Shown here one piece after another: positions 14,630-28,619 of a DNA stretch of 64,000 nucleotides (within the stretch, counting starts at the first letter, position 1; each line of letters starts with the position of its first letter). The notes below the pieces were generated by a model. The model was given only the letters and a program-made list of their open reading frames with translations. It did no database searches and was not told the DNA's origin. The translations under genes were made by a program, and so were the position numbers. Source of the stretch: the human T2T-CHM13v2.0 reference genome, Homo sapiens; assembly GCF_009914755.1 (NCBI RefSeq), contig NC_060938.1; one strand, given 5' to 3'.

Positions 14630-16176
14630 CTCAATCCAAGACCATCAAAGTGGTACTTCAATGAGTCTGCAAGAACCACCATGTTACTAGGTTTGAGATG
14701 CCAGATCTCAATAATCAGTAATGCAGATACAGCTTAGATCACAATGCCTAAGTCCTTTTAAATACGTGGAAAGCCTTCCCAAGAAGGATGGGTACAAACA
14801 AGCCCAGACTGCAAAGACTACAATAAATAGCCAACTTTTCAATGCCCAGATACAGACAAACACCCACAAGTATCAAAACCATCCATGAAAACATAATATC
14901 ACCAAATGAACCAAATAAGTCACTAGGGACCAATCCTGGAAAAACAGAGATATGTTAATTTTCAGACAGAGCATTCAAAATAGCTGTGTTGAGGAAACTC
15001 AAAGAAATTCAACATAATTCAGAGAAGGAATTGGAAATTTTACCAGTTAAATTCAACAAAGAGGTTGAAATAATTTAAAAGAATCAAGCAAGAATCAAGA
15101 ATTTCTCCAAGCAGAAATTCTGGAGTTGAAAAAATGCATTTGACATATGGAAAAAGTGTCAGTCTTTTAACAGCAGAATTGATCAAGCAGAAGAAAGAAT
15201 TGGTGAACTTGAAGACAGATTATTTGAAAATATACAATCAGAGAAGACAAAAGAGAAAATAATAAAAAAGTGAAGTATGCCTACAGGATCTAGAAAATAG
15301 CCTCAAAAAGGCAAATCTTAAAGTTCTGGGCCTTAAAGAGGTGATAGAGAAAGAGATAGCAGTAGAAAGTTTATTCAAAAGGATAATAACAGATAACTTC
15401 CCAAACCTAGAGAAAGATATCAATATTCAAGTGCAAGAAGGTTACAAAACACCAAGCAGCTTTAACCCAAAGAAGATTACCTCAAGACATTTAATAATCA
15501 AATTTCTAAAGGTCAATGATAAAAAAGGATCATAAAAACAGCAAGAGAAAAGAAACAAACTTGCAAGTATGGCTTAACGTATGCAAATCAATCAATGCGT
15601 TACACCATATCAACAAAACAAAGAATAGAACTATGTAATCATTCAATTCCTGCTGAAATAGTATTTGGTATAATTAGTATCCTTCATGATAAATACCCTC
15701 AAAAAACTAGGTATAGAAGAAACATACCTCAACATAATAAAAGGCATATATAACAGACCCACAGTTAGTATCACACTGAATGGGGGGAAATTGAAAGCCT
15801 TTTCTCTAAGATCTAGAACATGACAAAGATGCCCACTTTCACCACTGTTATTCAACATAGTAATGGAAGTCCCAGCTAGAGCAATCAGAAAAGAGAAAGA
15901 AATAAAGGGCATCAAAATGGAAAAAGAAGTCAAATTTTCCTTGTTTGCATATAATATGATTTTATATTTGGAAAATCCTAAATGCTCCACCAAAAAAAAA
16001 AAAAAAAATGATAAATCCTGTGAAGTTGCAGTATACAAAATTAACATAAAAAAGCAGTAACTTTTTTATATGCCAACAGCCAACAACCTGGAAACAAAAT
16101 AAAGGAAGTAATTCTATTTACAGTAGCTACAAGTAAAATAAAATACCTAGGAATTAACTGAAGAGGTGAAAAATGT
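14630..16176 (+). mobile_element. L1MA/L1M2-type element: end of 5'UTR and ORF1, joined by a deletion to an ORF2 RT fragment
   Basis: ORF 15341-15535 is ORF1p (ESLFKRIITDNFPNLEKDINIQVQEG). ORF 15863-16060 is ORF2 RT ([30 protein letters not shown]). Junction at about 15560. Confidence 0.9.
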
Positions 16177-16475
16177 TGATAAGGTTTGGCCGTGTCCCCA
16201 CCCAAATCTCATCTTAAATTGTAGTTTCCATAACCCCACATGTGGTGGGAGGGACCCAGTAGCAGGTAACCGAATCATGGGGGTGGTTTCCTTCATGTTA
16301 TTCCCATGATAGTGAGTAAGCTATCATGATGTCTGATGGTTTAATAAGGGGCTTCCCCTTCCACTCTCCTCTCATAGCTCTCTCTCTCTGCTGCCTTGTG
16401 AAGAAGAATGTGTCTGCTTCCCCCTCTGCCATGGTTGTAAGTTTCCTAAGGCCCTCCCAGCCGTACACAACTGTG
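16177..16475 (+). mobile_element. THE1C-like MaLR LTR, 3'-truncated
   Basis: 'tgataaggtttggccgtgtccccacccaaatctcatctt...gtgaagaagaatgtgtctgcttccccc...cccagcc'. The terminal part with the poly(A) signal is missing. Confidence 0.9.
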
Positions 16476-16476
16476 C

Positions 16477-16986
16477 ATGTGGTACATATACACAATGGAG
16501 TACTATTCAGCCATAAAAAGAATAAAATTCTGTCATCTGCAAGAACATGGATGAAGATGGATGTCTCTATGTTAAGTTAATAAGCCATGCACAGAAAGAT
16601 AAATATCACATATTCTTATTTATCCATAGGGACTAAACATTAAAACAATTGAACTCATGGAGATAGAGGGTAAAAGGAAGATAACCAAAGGCTGGGAAGG
16701 GTAGTGGTTGGGGTAAGGAGGAATGGTTAATGAGTAAAAAAAAAATAGAAAGAATAAACAAGACCTAGTATTTGTTAGCACAACAGGGTGACTATAGTAA
16801 AAGATAATTATTCATTTTAAAATAACTAAGAATATAACAGGATGTGTTTGTAACACAAAAGATAAATGCTTGAGGTGATGAATATCCTATTTCCCATGAT
16901 GTGATTTTCAAACATTGCAAATATCTCATGTAACCCATAAATATATATATCTACTATGCACCCACAAAAATTAAAAATTAAAAAAA
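16477..16986 (+). mobile_element. L1MA2/3-like 3' end with A-rich tail
   Basis: 'atgtggtacatatacacaatggagtactattcagccataaaaag...gcacaacagggtgactatagt...cccacaaaaattaaaaattaaaaaaa'. Confidence 0.9.
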
Positions 16987-17056
16987 GGAACTCAAATAAG
17001 ATGGAAAATACGCTTCTTATCTTCCTAGAAGATGAGGTTTCTCTCTTCTGAGTACT

Positions 17057-17492
17057 CATATTAGTTTTATAGGACGGTTGTAACAAATTATCACAAACTG
17101 GGTGGCTTAAAACAACAGAAATTCATTCTCTAATAGTTTTGGAGACCAGAAGTCCAAAATCAAGACTTCAATAAGGTCATATTCCCTCCAAAATCTCTAG
17201 GAAATAATCCTTCCTTGCCTCTTCCAGATTCCTGCATCTCCAAACATTTCTTGACTTCAGAAAGCATCACTATACTCTGCTTCTGGCTTCACGTGGCCAT
17301 CTCTCTGCTTTGGTGTGTCTCAAATCTCCCTCTGCCTTTGTCTTATAAGGATACCTATTATTGACTTTAGGGCCCACCCTAAATACAGGATGTTCTCATC
17401 TCAAAATTCTTGATTACTTCTACAAGGACCCCATTTCAAAACAAGGTCAAATTCACAAGTTCTTTTTGGGGGCCACTATTCAACCCATTATA
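17057..17492 (-). mobile_element. MLT1C-like MaLR LTR
   Basis: 'taacaaattatcacaaactgggtggcttaaaacaacagaaatt...ggggccactattcaaccc'. Confidence 0.85.
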
Positions 17493-18439
17493 GTACACAT
17501 TTAGGAATTGTCAGGCAGCATAGATGACTGGACTTCTTCAATGGGGTATTGCTCTTCTGGGAGGTATATATGACATTTAGGAAAGGGGAAAATTTCTTCA
17601 AGTCTTCCTCACTCACCCAATTAGGATGACTTAGATTTGTAAAATCTCAATCCATTTCTAAGACAGTACCAAGTGGCCTCTGGAACTTGGGAGAAAATTA
17701 TTCCTTATCACTAGCCAGGCTCTCAGGATTCAGTTGTTCCAGTTTTTGATTAAAAAAAAAAAAAAGTCTTTCCTGAGCACCCATTATGCATCCTGGGCTA
17801 GAAACTGGGTTGACAAGGAGGTGGATGGGACAAGGCATTGGTCACTTTCTCCCAGCCATAAGCCCTCCTTTGGAGACCTGCTCTCTTCTGCCTTCTAGGG
17901 AAAAGTGAATTTAAGCAACACAGGTTTTGTCTCCCTGGCCTCAGCTGATTGGATCAGGAATGGATACCTGGCCATGTATCAGCCCCACAGTGAATTAGGA
18001 GATGAAGCCCCTGTTTTCTTGTTCACTGTGGAGCAGTCTTATTCACGATGTGCCCAGTGACAACTTGCAAAAAGGATGAGGCAGGTGCTTAAAGGGAAGA
18101 GATGCCACATATCTCCAAGGAAAACAAGCCTTCTCACTGCCTAGAACGCCCCATGATCTTTTTTGCAGTTAAGTTCCAAATGTCCTCAGGTTTCTGTCCT
18201 CTGCAGCCAGCTGATCTCTGGCTATGCCCTCAGTGAGGGAAAGGGACAGACCTCTGGCACAGCTAGGCAAATGGTGCAGTACTTGGTTTAATAAGGATGT
18301 GAGCAAAGTGCTACAGAAGTTGGGAAGAGGGTGGCAGACTGGCTCTGTAAGCAAAGAAAGTGTTGCCAAATAGGCAATACCCATTTGGAAAAATGAGTAG
18401 AAATTTTGGAGGCTGAATTTTATTAATTAGTGTGCTCAT

Positions 18440-18582
18440 GAAGTAGTTCACACCTTGAATTCACATCTGGGCAATACCTGAGACCACTTCAGACCAGTTG
18501 AATAGAAGTTGTAAATTCCACATGTGTAGCTTTTTAATCCCCCCAGGTGATTCTGATGTACAGAGAAGGCTGAGAATCACTG
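18440..18582. mobile_element. MER5-family hAT MITE fragment
   Basis: 'ccccaggtgattctgatg...gctgagaatcactg' terminal motif. Confidence 0.7.
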
Positions 18583-19024
18583 ACTTAATGAGTTACATAA
18601 TAAACCCACTTCCTTCTAGAGCAGTTGCATCCTCAATTCTCTTTAGACTAATAGCTACAGTGTCATCATCCTGAAGCCAACCATGTGCCACGCAACTACA
18701 TTCACAGCCCCCTAGTGCCCCACTGTGTGAAACATGCAGCAGGTGCTAAAGAAATATGTTTAGCTTTTACGCAGCACTAGCAGACATAGGCTTCTGATAC
18801 TCATTGGGCTGCATCACTTGTTTTTGTCAACAGCTTCCTCTCCTTCATTGATGACATCAATGACTCCTAAAAATCATCCTGTACTTTATGTTTGCATCTG
18901 CCTATCTTCTGCCACTACATTAGTTCAGGCCTCTCACATGACATTTTTATTACGGATCTCTCTGCATCCAATGAGTCATTTTGTTATCATCATAATCACG
19001 ATCATCATATACTCACATACCTCA

Positions 19025-19265
19025 AACAGATGCATGCACCCCACTATCTATCCATTATCTAGCCACCGAGTCATCCATCATCCACTTATCCATCCATCAC
19101 CCAACCATTCACCCACTCACTTATCCATTCATCCATCCATTCCTCCACACACTCATCCATCCACCTGTTCATTCATTCATCCATCCCTCCATACACTCAA
19201 CTACTCACCTGTCCATTTATTCATCCCTGTCTCCACACACTCTACCATACAACCCATCCCTTCAT
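19025..19265. repeat. Degenerate (TCCA)n simple repeat
   Basis: Repeated catc/tcca/ttca units; gives the H/P-rich spurious ORF. Confidence 0.9.
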
Positions 19266-19269
19266 GGGT

Positions 19270-19660
19270 AGAGTGAGGGTTCAATTTAGAGGTAGAGATG
19301 AGGAGATGGAGGCTGGATTTAGGGAGGATGTGAAAGCACTCCAGCAGAGTTAATACCTAGTGGACATGTGAATGGTCAAGACAAGTGTGTCCACCTAAGA
19401 GTGGCTTCATAGTCACCCCTGGCAGAGGGAACAGACTGATCATCTGCCTGAGGAAGTGAAACAGAATGATCCATGCAGAGAACTTCCCAGGGGACCCATG
19501 CAGGCTTGGGTGTTGGGAGAGGGGGAGAGATGGTGTGCTGAGGGTCAGGAGGGAGGACCTTAGAACCTGGAATAAAGTGTTCAATTTATATGGAAGACTA
19601 TGGAGATCGCAGGAGGATTTTATGCAGGGATGGGAGTGACATGAAGTGCATATCTCCAAC
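19270..19660 (-). mobile_element. L2 fragment
   Basis: 'ggaagactatggagatcgcaggaggattttatgcagggatgggagtgacatga' antisense L2-like. Confidence 0.55.
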
Positions 19661-20344
19661 CATGGAGAAGTCCCTCTCATCTTTTCCAGTTTCTGTGCAT
19701 GGCCCTTGGCTTGTTTAGGAAGTTGGCTCTGGGTAGATGTGCCAACACAAAATTAGGGAGTACTAGAAACCACTCTCTCAAGGAATAAATAACTCCAAAA
19801 GTGTGAGCAGTCAGTTTAGAAAACCTCACCCTGCTGCCATCATTCCTGCCTTACAACCAGTTCCTGCCTTTCCCCACTATAACTAAGAAGGACTTTAGAC
19901 AGATTTTATGCTGAAGATTCAACACTTGGCTTGGGCTCTCCTTCCTCCACTCTCTCTCTTTCGCCTGCCCTCCCTCCTCTCACCCAGCAAGACAGGGCCT
20001 GGGCATTCTCCCTGACCAGTTACTGGGAGGGACACTGAGAAGAACAGCAGCCCACCACCCTTCAAGGGCAGCAGGCAGCATATGAGAAGGTCCAGAGGTG
20101 CAAGAGAGCCTGGTCCACTGAGGTTTGAGCTGAAGCCTTTTCTCCTAGGGGTCTGGTGGCAGGGTTAGAGGGAATGAGGTAGGAGAGGCCCCTGGAGGGT
20201 AAAAGGACACTGGAGTTTCAACTTTATTCTGAAGAGGAAGAAGAGAGAAGAAAAGAACAATAAAGTATTTTAAACTTATAAGGGAGATATTAAATTTATA
20301 TTTTTAAATTTTTAATCACAGATATAAAAATTACTGGAGATGGA

Positions 20345-20648
20345 AAAGTATATGTATATATAGATGTGAATATGTACATCATATATATGATAGCTAAATA
20401 TAAATAATGGATAGATAATGGATGGATGGATAGATAAATACACAGATATAGCGATAATTGATGAATGGATGGACAGATGGATGGATGGGTGAGATAATGA
20501 GTGAATGGATGGATAGATGATAGATAATGGATGGATAGATGATAGATAGATACATACATAGATAGATAATGGATGTATAGATGATAGATAGAAACACAGA
20601 TATATACATATTGAATGAATGATTGGACAGATGAGTGGATAGGTAAGG

Positions 20649-20688
<40 letters not shown>

Positions 20689-20702
20689 GAGATAGATAGA
20701 TA
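20345..20702. repeat. Compound (GATG)n/(GATA)n repeat with a near-perfect GATA tract at about 20649-20702
   Basis: Directly visible tetranucleotide arrays. Confidence 0.97.
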
Positions 20703-20797
20703 AAATTTTGGAATTCATCAAGTCTTCCTAACATAAGAACTTGAATTTATGAAGTCTATTCACAAGAACTAGAAACCAGAGAGAAAATGTTGGCATA

Positions 20798-21120
20798 TTT
20801 GTTTGTTTATTTTGTTTTTTGTTTGTTTGTTTGTTCTTGAGATTAGATGGAGTCTTGCTCTGTCACCCAGGCTGGAGTGCAGTGGCACAATCTCAGCTCA
20901 CTGCAACCTCTACCTCCAGGTTCAAGCAATTCTCCTGCCTCAACCTCCTGAATAGCTAGGATTATAGGCAACCATGACCATGCCCAGCTAATTTTTGTAT
21001 TTTTCATAGAGATGGGGTTTTGCCATGTTGGCCAGGCTAGTCTCAAACTCTTGACCTCAGGTGATCCTCCCGCCTTGGCCTCCCAAAGTACTGGGATTAC
21101 AGGTGTGAGCCCCTGTGGCC
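20798..21120 (-). mobile_element. AluS (Sx/Sz-like) with (TTTG)n tail
   Basis: Full dimer; 'ctcaaactcttgacctcaggtgatcc'. Decayed TSD tggcatattt / tggtgtattt. Confidence 0.95.

Positions 21121-21985
<865 letters not shown>

Positions 21986-22042
<57 letters not shown>
21986..22042. repeat. Compound (TG)n(TA)n microsatellite
   Basis: Directly visible. Confidence 0.98.
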
Positions 22043-22045
<3 letters not shown>

Positions 22046-22399
22046 AAATCTTTGAACTCTAAATTAGCAAAGAGCTCTTGAGCATAAGTTATGGCAGTTA
22101 TATGAACAGCTGTAGAATTATGTCATTGATAGATAAAAAGAATAAGCCCCAGAAATAGATGAATGCTCCCATTCATGTAAACAAACAAGTAAAAATTTGT
22201 CTGCATACAAAGACCTCTCAACGAGTAGAAGATGGCCTGGGAGTCTTGCGGGAGTGGGCAAGCTTGTGTGAGGGTGCTATATTTTTTTTGGCAAAAAGGA
22301 ATTTATATAATTGGCTTTATATTATTTATTTTTAGACATTTTACAATGAGAATGTGTCTATTATTTACTCATGTGATTTGAAAGAAAAACCAACTAACA

Positions 22400-22820
22400 A
22401 AATGTGGTGTAAGAAATAGATCACTCTGGTAGCAGTGCCCAGGATGGATTGAAGTGATCGGAAGGCCTGGAAAGGGGATCTTGCAGGGATCTGGGCAGCA
22501 TGTGAAGACCTGTGAGCTGATCCACAATGGCCGTAGTTGAATTTGGGGAACAGGAGCTGAAGTCATGAAATGCTGAGAGGGTAGAATCCAGACCATTGGG
22601 TTATCCGACAGGGCAGGAACTTGTCAACAAAGATGCTCAGAATATATTGGGTAAGATACCAGGTGATGGTGGTGCCATTAACAATGATAAGTAATGCAGA
22701 ATGTGGAAAAGCAATTGAATCCCGAGGAAGCATGCACTTGGTGTTATTTTATGTAGGGGTTATACTTAGGAAACTGCAAAGAACAACTGGGATCAAGGCT
22801 ATAGGAGTTGGGTGAGCTGT
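22400..22820 (-). mobile_element. L2 fragment
   Basis: 'aatagatcactctggtagcagtg...ggatggattg', 'gatggtggtgccattaac' antisense L2. Confidence 0.6.
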
Positions 22821-23227
22821 AGACCAATTTTATTTGGCCTCTAACTTAGGTTTAATAAATGGACTTAAACCATCCCACTTTGGAGCCAAAATGGAGATTA
22901 ATTGTCTCAGCTCCTGACCTGTGGACCCTGAACTTCTACAGCTTCTCAGGACAGCAAGCTCTTAACTGCCAATGTTTCAAAAATCTGAGAGGAAAATGTC
23001 TGTTTGTCTGGAATGAGGCTGCCCTCACTAACTACAGAGATTTTCTTTGCTTTTGCCTGGATTCATCCCACTTGTATTCCTCACCTGGTGAAGCTTAAAA
23101 GCTCTGATTGATAAAATGGAAAGACAAACCAACGACCAAACATCTATGGAAAACAACAGTCTACAAAGAATGTGCTTCACCCCATACCTTCGGGGTTGGA
23201 TAATAGCGTGAGCCTCAGTACAGGGAA

Positions 23228-23370
23228 CTTTTTCTTTTTCTTTTCATCGATTTAGGTGGTACAAAGTGCAGTTTTATTAGATGGATATATTGCATAGTGG
23301 TGAATTTTGGGCTTCTATTTTAGTGTAAATGTCATCTGAATCGAATAGTCTTTACCCAACAGGAAATTTC
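23228..23370 (-). mobile_element. Short L1PB4-like 3' end
   Basis: T-tail, then 'ggtacaaagtgcagttttattagatggatatattgcatagtggtgaa'. Confidence 0.75.
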
Positions 23371-25427
23371 AAGCTTGCTTTTGCAGGCTGGCCTGGCGAC
23401 TTGTTGAGACTCAGTTTTCTCCCCTTCCTTTATGTTCATTTCCTCTTTCACAGTATAATGTATGATCAACCTCAATTTTGATATCAGCCCCCAGTCCATA
23501 CCCCACTTTTAGTGTATAATTTTTTTCCTCTGGAAGGGGAGTTGATTGATGGTAGCAGAAAGGACACTGGAAAGAAAAATAAATTAAATTTATGCAAGTG
23601 GGGAGGGGGTTGCCTCATTAACAGAATAATTGAGCTGTTAGCTAATTTTACTTGTTATCCGCAGAAAAGGGCAAAAATCTTCTAAGCAATGACTCCTCTT
23701 CTTCCAAATGATTAAAAGAACAACAAAAAGATTTGTATCTTGGATGTATCTAGTAATTATATGCCTGACACTTTTTTTTTCTTTGTAAACATCATACAAG
23801 GCAGATGTATTTTTAAAATCCTGGCAATTTACACAACACTATGAAAGTGTCAGTTCTTCCTAATCAGAATTTTCTGCACTTCCCCCACTCTTATTAGCAG
23901 TAATTTCTGCTAATTGATAATTATTGCCTTTTTTTCTTAGTCAAATCTCGTTGTTAGTGTAACAACACTTCCTGCTTTGCTAAGATCAATATTTGTAACT
24001 ATCACTGTAAATAATGCATAAAATTAATAATAAAAGTATGCTTGCTCAATACAGTGCAAACTTCATCTATTTTCATATCAGCTCCTTAATTTAGAGTTAT
24101 TTTATTTTATTTTTTTTGCCACAGACTGGTAATAATAAGTAGCTCTTAAGCCCAAATAATGAAACTCTTCATATGTAAACGTCATTAGGACTTTGACTAA
24201 AGCCTGTTGACACAAACTAGGCTATCACTGGGCTCTGGAAGTCCCTCTGGAGAATAAATCTCACTCCCTTTTCAAGTCCCTTGCAATAAATCTTAATTGA
24301 TTTATAAAAGAGAATTGTTCTTTACATCCTTGAACTGGACTGGACTGAGCCCTGAGTGATCACTCTTGGATTTCTGTAGCTAATTTCCAGGAAATTGATG
24401 ATGTCTTTATGGCAGTAAAGGGCAAGGCCAGCCAGCTGCTGGGTCCTAGCCCAAAATGAGCCCTTATCAAGGACCACCGGCAAATGGCCCCGGAAAAGAT
24501 TCAGAGAAGATAACATCATCATCCCATTCTCCCAGAATATGTCCTCCAACCCAAACCTACCACTCACCTCACCCCTATGCTTAATTAAGTCGAAAATACT
24601 CATTCTCTGTAAGACGAAGACCATGATCTTTAAAAATTATTTATGTATCTATTTATACATGATTCAAGAGTGTGAGAATACAGGAAGGTATTGCAGATAG
24701 AAGAAAGAAGAAGTCACAAAGCCAAAGCTTTCCCCTCATTTTAGAGACAGGGTAGTCCTTTGAGAAACACTTTCCATGTGACAGGATCCTTGTAAGAAAT
24801 GATACTCACTCTTCGCTGTAATGGAGAGAGCAGGGGAACTGGGAGCACAGGTTCCTGTTTCTAAAGCTTTGTGCATTAGCTCTGAGACTGACCAAGACCA
24901 TATTCTTTTGGGGCCTCGGTTTTCTCAATTGTTTTTACAATTTCTTCATTTTTGAAGAAATTCAGAGCATAAGAAGTCTCTAAGCCTCTTCCTATTCTTT
25001 TACTCCACTCTAAGTCAATGTCCATTGACTCCACTATTTATTTATTTGCTTGCTTTAAGGATGAAAGCAGACACAGCCAAAAGATTGATTTCATAAACTG
25101 CAAGGGGACAAAAAGAGGTTAAGAGCTCAGCCACTGGTCGGAGGCCACTGCAGGCCAAGGAAAGGTTCTACCCTCATAATAGAGAGCAAGCAGTGCTGGA
25201 GGTAAGCTCATGTGTCACCAGGTGTTAGCCAACATGGCCACTCTCGCTTTTTAAGTAGGAGTAAAAGTATCAAGAAAAAGGAAAGACTGTTCTCAGAATA
25301 GAGAAAAGATTGGCTTCCAAATAAAAAAAACAAACTAGAGTGACATGAAAAGTGACAGGTTTTCTGCATAGAAAAAGAAAGAAAAGAAGAGATTACCTCC
25401 CTGAAATCAAAATAACCCCACAACTAA

Positions 25428-25577
<150 letters not shown>

Positions 25578-25689
25578 TAAGCCACTGTTGAGGACTAGGA
25601 ATTTTACATTCCTCATCAGAATGTAAAGGTAATGAAAAATGATATGGCAGATCACAGTCTTAGGATACAAAGATGAATTTTAGTCTATG

Positions 25690-25810
25690 GTCCATTCAGT
25701 GAGTATTTATTGATAACCTATCATATAGCAAGGACTGTTTTTGTATCTTAGCTATATAAGCGAACAACACAGACAAAAATTCATGAGCTCTTGGAGCTGA
25801 CAGTCTAAGT
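25690..25810 (-). mobile_element. L2 3' end
   Basis: 'cattcagtgagtatttattgataacctat...ttggagctgacagtcta'. Confidence 0.7.
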
Positions 25811-26168
25811 CAGTAGTCCCCGACCTTTTTGACACCAATGACCAGTTTCATGGATGACAATTTTTCCACAGACAGCAGGTGGGGTGGTGGGGGATGGTTT
25901 CAGGATGAAAGTCTTCCACCTCAGATCATCAGGCATTAATTAGATTTTCATAAGGAGCAAGCATGCAACCTAGATCCTTTGAACCCTTGCATGTGCAGTT
26001 CACAAGAGGGTTTGTGCTCCTATGAGAATCTAATGCTCCTGACCTGACAGGAGGTGGAGCTCAGGCAGTAATGCTCACTTACCTGCCACTCACCTCCTGC
26101 TGTGCGGCCCAGTTCCCAACAGGCCATGGACTGGTTCCAATCTGTGGCCCAGGGATTGGGGACCTCTG
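25811..26168 (+). mobile_element. MER1B hAT-Charlie MITE
   Basis: TIR-like ends 'cagtagtccccgacc' / 'gattggggacctctg'; body 'ttccacctcagatcatcaggcatta'. 8-bp TSD gtctaagt / ctttaagt. Confidence 0.92.
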
Positions 26169-28619
26169 CTTTAAGTGACAGGTCTCATTGAGTGCAAATA
26201 TTATCAGGCAGAAATAATCAAAGGAACACCCATATTTTAGCTACCATGTTTCCATTCTTTATATGTAAGGTTCAGCCACCCATTCTTTGAGGTAGATTAT
26301 GTTCATATATAACTCGGAGCCCTATGCCCGAAAAAGGGCACCAACTTGCCATAAATGGCCAAGCAGAAAAGGGAAGAGAAGAAACTCCCAACTTGTCACT
26401 GAACAAGCTGCTGTTTCTTAGTTTGCTGTCTTGATCTCTATTGAACTCTAGGCTCTGTGAGAGCTAAAACCTGTCCCAGTAACCACTGTGCAGGATATTT
26501 TCCTGAACCACATAGGAAACCAATAACTATTTGTGGAATGTTAAGTTAATGAACAAAACCTGAAGTTGTTCTACTGCAGTTTATGCTTTCAAACACTTAG
26601 CTATACTTATTTTACAACGGAACAAAAGGTTCCGATGTTTATGAAAGACCTGAGTGTAGAAATTAAAGTTTAGTCTATGATTATGGAAAGCCAATAAAAA
26701 TAAATTTAGGTCTAAAGATGTCCTGACAAAAGCATCAAAAGGATGTAAACAAAGACGGTGTATACCTGGTTAATAAATAATTTGCCTAAAAATAAATGCA
26801 AATCATGCTAACTGGGACTTTAGCTTTCCAACACTGAATGTTTTGATTGTTATATAAATACTTTCAAGAAAAACAGTTCTGATCTTTAACTGTAAAACTG
26901 GCAAGGCTTTACTCCATCTAGGGAGGCAATCAAAAGACATCATCATCTATTTAAACACTCATAAAAGGGTGCCACGCACTCCCTCTTCTTGGAAAAAAAA
27001 AAAAAACTGATGAAGAAGAACCCAAGTTTCCTAAAAGATGAATTCAATTTAAATAATTCAAGAATGAAAAAAAAAAAAAAAAAGAAAACATTGGTCACGA
27101 ATGTGGACAAGACATGAGTCACAGTCCGGTTCCTGATCTTTTGAAATAAAGAGCTCTGCCTTGTCAAGGGTAAGTTTCAGTTCTGCCATGCACCATATTG
27201 GTGTCTAGGACAGGGGAAACTTCTGAGACCTTCATGGAGTGATTTGGCACCACGGACAGCGTGATCTCCATGACAGATGAGTCCTAGTCGTTTCTACTGT
27301 TCCCCACGGGGGTCAGGGTCTCTGACCCCTTGTTCATTTCTTCCCTTGTTGCTCTTTCCCTGAAGCACTCAGCTAATTTTGTGCTCCAGTGATCAAGATA
27401 GGCATTTGTCACTTTCTGCAGAAAAGAATAAAAGCTGATGAGTATTTGACATTCCCAGAAGCTGGCAACTAAATCTTGGCTCAGGTGACAGCCCACTAAG
27501 CACATGCTCTGAGTACATCTGCATTTAGACCTTGGGTATGTCCCACAAGATGCACATGTATGTTTCTTTCCATACTTTAATAGCAAGAATCTTTGCTTTG
27601 AAATCCAGTGAATTCATCTAAAATAAAAAGGAAAAAAAATGTTCTGAAAACATTTTAAGAGTCTTTCCAAGAAAGAATCCACATTTGAGAGCTTTGTCTT
27701 ATTTAGGGACTCTACAGACAGACAAACTGTATGAGCTAAGATAAATAATTCATCGAATCAATACACCTACATAATGAATCGGCCTGGGCAAATTTCTAAT
27801 ACAGACAGACGGATCAACTGACATTTTTCTTGTTGTATTGTTGTGTATCAAAATTCTCTAACCACTCATTCACCTTGTAAATGTAAATTTGATGATTAAC
27901 TGAAGCATATGATTTGGATTATCCAAAGACAAGAGCTATGGTCTCTAGACACCACAGGCCTCTGTTGAGGTCATTCCTGGATCCATTGCCTTCAAGATGC
28001 CAGGTGAGGTCACCTACGGTTAAGCCTAGCATCATCCATACCTGCAACCTCCCTTCACCTGCTAAGGAACAGACATATTAAACTGTACACACACCCCTTG
28101 CCTGAGGCACCATGTTCCTGGATGCCTTCAGATCTTTGTCTATATTTCCCTTTGTCTGAAATGTCACTCCTACCCTTCTATTATTTTGGGGAACTTCTGT
28201 CCAGTCTTCAAGATCTAGCCCTATTCTCCCATTCTATGGAGGAGGAAATGAAAACCAGAGAACCTCAGCTATTTGCCAGAGATCAGGTGGTGCTAGTGTC
28301 AGGACTTGGCTCTGTGGCTTTCAAATCTATGTCTGTGTCTGCCTATGGGTGGAGAAAGAGAGGCTGTGTACGCTGTTTGGATCACAATATTATTTATTTA
28401 TGGTGTGTGGTTATGTATAAATTGTGTGGAACTTTATATTTTTCGAGTTTCTTAATATGGAAGCTGACATCACTGATTTTAAGCCTTTCTTCTTTTTTAA
28501 TACAGGCATTTTTGTGCCAAAAACTCCCCTCAAAGAACTGTTAGCTCCATCCCACCCATTTTTTTTAATGCTGTGTTCTAATTTTCATTCAGTTCACAGT
28601 ACCTTCTAATTCCTGTCTT

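Noticed and set aside
20296-20734. Overlapping 140-aa ORFs
   Set aside because: Translations of (GATA)/(GATG) repeats.
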